This document shows, piece after piece, positions 56,521 through 64,000 of a DNA stretch of 64,000 bases. The notes below the pieces were generated by a model, which saw only the letters and a program-made list of their open reading frames with translations, did not search any database and was not told the origin of the DNA. The stretch is from Octopus vulgaris (lineage: Eukaryota): NCBI GenBank assembly GCA_951406725.2, contig OX597823.1, forward strand, positions 47,058,001-47,122,000, in the 5' to 3' direction. Position 1 is the first letter of the stretch. Every line of letters begins with the position of its first letter. The position numbers and the translations under genes were made by a program.

Positions 56521-58419
56521 ATGGACCGCGGCTGAGAACCATAGCCCTAATGCAAGAAGTTTTGTTTGTAACCCAGGGAAAGATCTCGACAAAGCAGTTA
56601 TTGACACAATAGTGCTATTTATAATAACTTTATGAAACTATTCCGATGACCGAGTAGGTCAATAACTTTGTTTCTCAACCTTACTTGTTCTACACCTTAA
56701 GTCAAGTCTCCAGTAAGAGATGCACCCCACAATGAACAAAGACATTTATTACAGCAAGTAGAAAATTTATGGAAAGTTTTATGCACTAGTTGCTTACTTG
56801 TGCTCCATTCTGCAATCACCCACGCCCCTTCAAAATATTGCTTACGCCCTACTTTAAGAACGACCGGTTCTTTAATACTAGTTTCCAGTTAGCTCTTTAT
56901 GGCTTTGTGTTGTGTAACAAAAGATTTCATACAGCGAGCGCCGTGTAACAAAAGATTTTCCACCTGAAATTTGGGAGAGGCGGAATAATCAAGTCTTTTC
57001 TACAATAGGCACAATTTTAGGGGAGGGGCACGGTCGATTTCATAAATCCCAGTGCTCAACTGGTATTTATTTTATTTATTTTATTTACCCTGAAAGGATG
57101 AAAGGCAGGGTCGACCTCGGTCGCATGTTAACTCAGAACGTGTAGACGAGCGAAATGCCGCTAAGCATTTTGCCCAGCGTGCTAACGATTCTGCCAGCTC
57201 GCCGCCTTGATAATCAATTATATCGGCTCCAATACTTGACAGGTACTATATTTTATTGATCCAGGAGGGTAACAATAAATTTGAACTGAGTGGATTTGAA
57301 CTCAAAACTTAAAGAATTGTCGCAAATACCACAAGGTACTTTGGCGGACACTGTAACGATTCTGCCAATCAGCCGGTCTCAACTATTCATTTCAGAAACG
57401 TTCTTAATCAAGCTAAAACCATAGCTTAAGCATTTCAGCTAAACGTTTGTTGGTTATGATGTGTACGCATACTCTTACTCTTTACTCTTTTACTTGTTTC
57501 AGCCATTTGACTGCGGCCATGCTGGAGCACCATGCGATAAATATATCTCATTTGCTCTCCGTTGTAAATGAACAAGTATCAAGCATCTTGGCTACGGCCA
57601 CAGAGCAATACCAGTGTCAGGATACGAAACCTCGACTCCACTAACTCAGTCAAAATTACTCACCATTAAGTCAATTGGAAATTACACTAGGTCTTCTATT
57701 TTTAATATAATTCCATTTATTTCTAAGATGAGTAAAGGAAAATTTAAATAGGATCAATATGCGTGTCATTTTAAATGGTATTTTATCGACATTTGAAGGG
57801 GGAAAATGGAGTTTGTTCGAGGAGAATTGAACCAAGAACCAAAACAGGGTTGCATATTTTTGTTCGACGCCTTGATGATTCTGCCAGTTCACCTTCCTCA
57901 GAGTATTTCATGGAGCCAATAAGGAAATCTTCCATGCACTCGATTGACTGTTTGAAAAAACAGATTCATATAAGGCTCCCTCAAAACCTATTCTACCATC
58001 TTCGAAAGAGAAGAACACATGAAATAATGCAGTCCTAGGATACGCTACACGTCAGGAAATGTGGGTTGGCCACAATTGGAACTCTTTGATAACAAATCTA
58101 CTTATTCAGAGGTTCTGTGATGCTGAACAGAATATATTTTGCTTATTGCTTATTGCTTATTGTAACACTCTGTGTCCTGTCATCATTTATAGATAAACAG
58201 ATCCATCCCAGTTTTTAACATGGAAAGTGAGTGATGAAGTATCTAAGAACTATATAATACTCACTTAAAATTGAGACTTATAATTGTATATGAGGCTAGT
58301 TGTGCTTATTAACCAAAATTATTACAAGACACACGAGCGTATAAAATATATTCTAATTTTTCTAATCAATGCCTAAGAAAGTCTTAATGGACTGGGTTTT
58401 TGTTTTTCACGGTAACAAC

Positions 58420-58708
58420 CAGGGGGGGACTGGGTCTAAAAATATTGGTTGCCAGGAGACTAAAGAGGCCCACCCGCAACTACAATGTTATCATTATTTT
58501 TTTTGTTTTTCTTTTTTTCTTTGTTAAAAGTATTCTTTTCAACTTTCTACAAACACAGCCAGGCTGAAATAATGCATTCTTCCAGGAGTGAATAAAAAAT
58601 TCTCAAACTTGAGGAGAAGATACTAACAGGGTCCTCATAAATGGATTCTAATGTAGTAGGGGCCCACTTGCCATCGGGAAAGCGGGCAACCTGGCCAGTC
58701 AGCCGCTG
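58420..58708. mobile_element. hAT MITE with perfect 8-bp TSD
   Basis: TIRs CAGGGGGGGACTGG / CCAGTCAGCCGCTG. GTAACAAC at 58412-58419 and 58709-58716. Confidence 0.92.
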
Positions 58709-58999
58709 GTAACAACGCAATTTAAGTTACTTTGCAACTTGAATGATTAAAGAGATCCCTAAAACTGAAGGCAAATAGGAAAGAGAAGTAGGGAGAGGGA
58801 GAGAGAGACAGAGAGACAGTGACAGACAGATAGATAGATAGACAGACAGAAGGATGGAGAGAGAGAAAATAATAATTTTAGATAAGGAAATACAGCAGCA
58901 AGTATGGGTGTGTGCTTTAGGGTTTCGCTTCGCAACCACGTGTTTTAAGGTACACTCATACTACGTGGTACCATAGTTTCAAATAGACATCTTCGATCT

Positions 59000-59609
59000 A
59001 TATTATTCTTTAATCAATCGCAACAGAAGTAGTAATTGATGCCAAAATGCAATATTCACCTCAACGTAAATGTGGATGATGCTCTGCTGAAACATAAAAT
59101 GCTGCGTTATTTACCATGTGAGAACCTTTCACATACACATATAGTGCATGTAAGCACTCGTGTTTATATCGCCAGCGGGAAATAATTGTCCGCTACCGCC
59201 GATGGATCCACTATTCATTCATAACATTCTTTGACGAGCAAAACGCCCCCCGTTTTGCTGAGTTGTCAAACATTTAAACCAAATTTTCTCAAAACAACCT
59301 GTCCGACCGTCCCATAGGCCTCCCCTTTGAGAAACACTGATGTAACCTAAATTTGAGACACCAGCAAAAGAAGAATTAAAGATAGACTTTTTTCTATTCC
59401 AAGAAAAACGATTTTACAAATGCACGTTCCCGCGGCTTTATCGATCGCATTTTCACCTGGAATCGATTTTTGTAATTTTTTCAAGACTTATACACGCCCT
59501 AATACCGTCGGTATCTACATATCAAATTTGAGCACAATCGGATGGAGGATGCCCGAGATCCTAGAAGACACACACACACAGACACAGAGAACGTATTTTA
59601 TATAATAGA
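59000..59609 (-). mobile_element. Non-autonomous Helitron-like element, 5' end present
   Basis: rc begins A|TCTATTATATAAAATACG followed by a (TG/TCTG) tract and CCGATTGTGCTCAAATTTG, the usual Helitron 5' layout. No 3' CTAG found, so the left boundary is approximate. Confidence 0.55.
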
Positions 59610-59985
59610 TATTCTATGCATGAAACACACACACACATGCATTAGTGTGTGTTCGTCTCCTTCATCCTTATTATTTATAAGATTTCACCATTTCTTGTAT
59701 GTTGTGTAAAATTTCGCTTAGAATAATTCTCAAGCAGTTTGAACTTCTGATACATACTATCTTGAATTTTCAGTTTCCGCGATACATTTCGATTAGGGAG
59801 ATAAGAAAAAGGAGGAAACTCAGTATTCAAATCAACTGATATTATATTTCCCCAAACTGATACGCTCTATTAATAATATATACTTTCATATTTCCGGTTA
59901 CTGATCAGTGTAATTTATGAAGTGGATGGGGTGGAGAAATATTTTCTCGCCTACACTGATTTCAGTGGGATATATTATATATATA

Positions 59986-60217
59986 ACGGGAAGCTTTATG
60001 AAAATAAACAAAAGACGAAGGCAGGTTTACGGAAATAAACAAAAGACGAAGGCAGGTGGAATACAAACAAACAATTGTATTAGTATGGCGCTCAGGAATA
60101 TAAATAAAACAAGTCTTTTACGTTTCGAGCCTACGCTCTTCAACAGAAAGATACACAGAGAAGAAACACAGAAAGGAGAGAAACTAAATGCGTGCAGAGG
60201 CTAGCGAATCAACATGG

Positions 60218-60220
<3 letters not shown>
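59986..60220 (-). mobile_element. Solo pLTR unit with CUGUUGA hammerhead variant (60115-60150) and a 31-bp internal duplication
   Basis: CUUU-CUGUUGA-A-GAGC-GUAG-GCUC-GAAA-CG-UA-AAAG, with (TA)n on both sides. Confidence 0.88.
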
Positions 60221-60288
<68 letters not shown>

Positions 60289-60299
60289 CGTTTATATAT

Positions 60300-61175
60300 T
60301 CGTTTTGCAAGATTCTTGATGTGAAATCGTGTGTTGAAACGGATATTGTTGTATTTGGAGACGGTCATGTTGCCAGTTTAGCCAATAATACACACGCACT
60401 ATATATTTGGCGTTAATTTGCTTCAGCTTTATTTTATTTTTTTACATTAATCGTATTTCGGCCAGAGTTCTTTCGTCACACTTCTGTGACATCATCAGTG
60501 ATCCTTTACTTTCTTCTTTCTTATTTGTGTGTCTTTCCTTACTAACGGTCAGCCATTTTGTATTTTTGTATCCCCGTTGTATGTGTCTTTATTTGCGCAA
60601 GCGTATACCTCTATGTATGTCTATGTTTAGTAAGTGCGTGTGGGGGGGAGGAGTGCCTATATTATCTGTATCCGCTGTTTATACACGTTCGTTTAATTTG
60701 TTTTTATTTATTTTCTTCATGTGTTTATAACTACTTATTTTTTATTCTTTCTTTTTTGTATTTAATTTGATTTAATTTTGTTAATATATATAGTTATTTA
60801 CTTCCATTTGTTTATCTGTGTATTTTATTATGTTTTTAGTTTTGTTTATATTGTTATCAGTTTATGGGGATCTTATTCTGTCATATGTTGTGGTGTGTTG
60901 GCGGGGTGCTAGTGTTCCATTCCAGTTTCCTATTCAGGATAGTTTTATCTTCTATTATGTGTGTAGCTTCTATAATTTGTCTAAGCGTTGCGTCTGTTCT
61001 ATGTGTGGACAAGATTTTAACCTCTATGTTGTTGAGTGATCCCCCCGTGTTCCTGCTGATATAGAACCGATGAGTTATCTTCCTTAAGTTCCCTCCAATG
61101 CGCATTTACCCGCTCTCCTATGCTCCGTGCTTTTCCCCCAACGTACGTCGTTGTCTTGTTACTGCACCGTGATGG
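60300..61175 (-). mobile_element. Penelope-like element 3' end (GIY-YIG, 3' region, pLTR)
   Basis: Frameshifted RCSNKTTTYVGGKARSIGERVNAHWRELKEDNSSVLYQ / SLNNIEVKILSTHRTDATLRQIIEATHIIEDKTILNRKLEWN. Confidence 0.88.
60460..60504 (-). ncRNA. Minimal type-I hammerhead ribozyme, canonical core
   Basis: GAUCA-CUGAUGA-U-GUCACA-GAAG-UGUGAC-GAAA-GAAC-UC-UGGCC: perfect 6-bp stem II, CUC site, 3-bp stem I. Confidence 0.8.
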
Positions 61176-61467
61176 CAGACCGCTTTGGGGATGGGGATTC
61201 TCATTTACTGCTAAGTGGGCTGGAGCAGCTGATACATGCTGAAGACCACAACGCATCACCGATCTTGGAATAGAAATCATGAACTTTTGGTCGTGGAAGT
61301 AACACTCTAATCCCTAGGCCATTGCCACACATACACACACACACAGATGTATACATACATGGAGGTACCCCAAAATAACCGCAAACGTTATCTGTGACAA
61401 GCCCGTTGTAGTTCAGGCTAGTGTGTGTCTGTGTATGTACTTGTGTATGCGTGTGTGTGCGCGCGCG

Positions 61468-61673
61468 CGTGTATAAATATATATATAGTTGCAGGCGTGG
61501 CTGTGTGGTAAGAAGGTTGATGTTCAATCATATGGTCCCGGGGTCAGTCCCACTGCGTGACACCCTGGGCCGTGTATAAATATATATATAGTTGCAGGCG
61601 TGGCTGTGTGGTAAGAAGGTTGATGTTCAATCATATGGTCGCGGGGTCAGTCCTACTGCGTGACACCTTGGGC
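61468..61673 (+). repeat. 103-bp tandem duplication covering the flank and head of a family B SINE (the SINE continues to about 62000)
   Basis: CGTGTATAAATATATATATAGTTGCAGGCGTGG...GGGC starts at 61468 and 61571. Confidence 0.92.
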
Positions 61674-62024
61674 CGTTACAGCCTCGAGCAGACCAGCCTC
61701 TACTACAGCCTGTAGCGGACCAGAACCTTGTAACTAGACTTTGTAAACGGATTGACGAAATCTGTATTTATATGTATGCATCTATGTATGTATGTGTGTG
61801 TGTTTGTGTTGCGCCTGCGCTTGTGTCTCCATCACTGCTTGACAACCGGTGTTGCTGTGTTAACGATCTCGAAATCTAGCGTTCCGACAAAAAACCACCG
61901 ATAGAATAAGTAGTAGGGTTTAAAAAAATTAGTCCTGGGGTCGATTTCTTCGACTAAAAGCCCTTCAAAGCAGTCTGATTGAAACAAGTAAAAGAATAAC
62001 AGAATATTTTCTGTTCTAGACATA

Positions 62025-62076
<52 letters not shown>

Positions 62077-63700
62077 GTTACATTTCGGGATGATCTTTTT
62101 TTTTTTTGTTGTTGTTTGGTTTTCTGCGAAATAAAATAAACGCACTATATAATCGTTCTTCACTCGCTTTTTTACTGTTCTTATTTTAACGAATGTCCAT
62201 TGTCCGGACATCTTTCGTCATACGAAAAATTCCTAGCTTTAAGGTTATCGTGGTAGGCATGGCTGGAGGCCCAACCTTCCGGTTGTTTTCTTTTGTTTTT
62301 TTTTACACGGCTTAGAGTAACTGAAAGACCGTTGCAATAAATGTGAGAATCTGAGAGTGGAATATGTTGAATAGAATCATAATAAACAGATCCTCCTGTA
62401 TTTTCTTTTACCGAAAGCAATGAACTTTTTCAGCACCCCTTCCTGTACGTATAAAGTATACATAGATATATATAAAGGGATATATGCGTATACACACATA
62501 CATATTTTTGTGTGTGCATGAATAGGTATGTATGTATGTATGTATGTATGTATGTATGTATGTATGTATGTATGTATGTATGTATGTATGTACGTACGTA
62601 TGTATGTATGTATGTATGTATGCATGTTGTTCCTTCTTGTCGGAAGAATGCCATCCCCTCATTAAATTTTGCTGAAACATGTACAAACACGGACACAGAT
62701 GCGACACTTGAACTATTTCCCTCCCGAATATGCCTAGTATAGTACATGCAGCTGACTTACAAGTTAAGCCATACTCATTATAAACGTATATACTTATATT
62801 GTAAGTGTTCAAACTTAAGTTTGAGTGTGTGTGTGTGTAGTGAAGAGTATGCTCATATCAATCGGAACAGAAATTAGCCGGATTGTACAGGGCCACACCA
62901 TGAGCAAGTGTGTAATATCTTAGCCTCAAGTCAGTGCAAATCATTTTACAGTATTGTGCTATGGTATTAAGTTAAATATGTACGTATTTCTTTAATACTC
63001 GTCCACCGCCGAATCGAGATACTTTCTCAATAATGTGTGCGTTTACGACGACGAGGGTCCCAGCTGATACGATCATCGGAACAGCCTGCTCATGAAATTA
63101 ACGTGCAAGTTGCTGAGCAATCCACAGACACACGTACTCCTAACATAGTTCTCAGGGAGATTCAGCGTGACACAGAGAGTGACAAGGCTGGCTCTTTGAA
63201 ATACAGGTACTACTAATTTTTGCCAGTTGAGTGGACTGGAGCAACGTGAAATAAAGTGTCTTGTTCAAGGACACAATGCATCGCCGGGAATTGAACTCAC
63301 GACCTTACAATCGTGAGCCGAATGCTCTAACCACTAAGCCACGCGCCTTCACACGCGTTTATATGTATTATTTATTTAAAGGACACAATACATGTTTTTA
63401 AGTGCTACTTGTAGTTTCATATGTTGAGAAATATCTCACACATATTGATCAGACACAAAGGTATGTATTGAGTCCTTTCAATAAATATTTATCTCTCACC
63501 TAATGGAGTTACTTTTCTGTTGAATATAGGCGCAAGCATAGGTGCATGGTATGAAGCTTGCTTCCCAGCCACATGGTTCCGGGTTCAGTCTCACTGCGTG
63601 GCATTTTGGGCAAGTGTCTCTATTCTAGCCATGGGCCGACCGAAGCCTTGTGAATGCATTTGGCAAACAAAAACTGAAAGAAGACCATCGTATTTGCATT

Positions 63701-63735
<35 letters not shown>

Positions 63736-63755
63736 CTGTGTCTGTGTGTGTGTCT

Positions 63756-63787
<32 letters not shown>

Positions 63788-63789
63788 CT

Positions 63790-63859
<70 letters not shown>

Positions 63860-64000
63860 ATACTTGTTGGCCCAGCCTTCTTACATTCTATGTCACGCTG
63901 TATCTCCGTGAGAACTACATAAAGAATACGCCTGTTTTGGGAGTGATCAGCAACTTGCTTGTTAATTTCATGAGCAGGCTGTTCCATTGATCGGATCAAC

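Larger units (their letters stand above)
55303..56544. mobile_element. Old hAT-type MITE fragmented by three nested SINEs
   Basis: Ends CAGTCGTTTC / GAGAACCATAG with subterminal TGGACC repeats. Flanks TTCTAATG / CCCTAATG give an 8-bp TSD matching at 6/8. Confidence 0.7.

Overview
AT-rich, microsatellite-saturated eukaryotic non-genic DNA. The SINE families and the extreme (TA)n/(CA)n/(CATA)n/(AAT)n/(GATA)n density suggest an octopus (coleoid cephalopod) genome; this is inference. Almost every entry in the ORF track is a microsatellite artefact. Supported content: (i) several decayed Penelope-like elements (RT and GIY-YIG remnants) and many of their terminal repeats (pLTRs), mostly abutting (TA)n; (ii) about a dozen type-I hammerhead ribozyme (HHR) motifs in three architectures: minimal, stem II carrying a 50-77 nt insert, and one fused behind a tRNA-derived Pol III head; (iii) three tRNA-derived SINE families, some with clear TSDs; (iv) mariner/Tc1 remnants, hAT MITEs, a 2.6-kb long-TIR element, a foldback MITE and a Helitron-like end; (v) 3' ends of an R4/Dong-like retrotransposon tied to (CATA)n, plus old Jockey/CR1-like and RTE-like fragments; (vi) two near-perfect ~245-bp inverted repeats. 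No intact protein-coding gene is recognisable. A phase-compatible chain of candidate minus-strand exons (35.7k, 32.8k, 31.6k) could encode a 50-aa peptide or the end of a larger gene. All motif calls were made by eye; no searches or folding programs were run.
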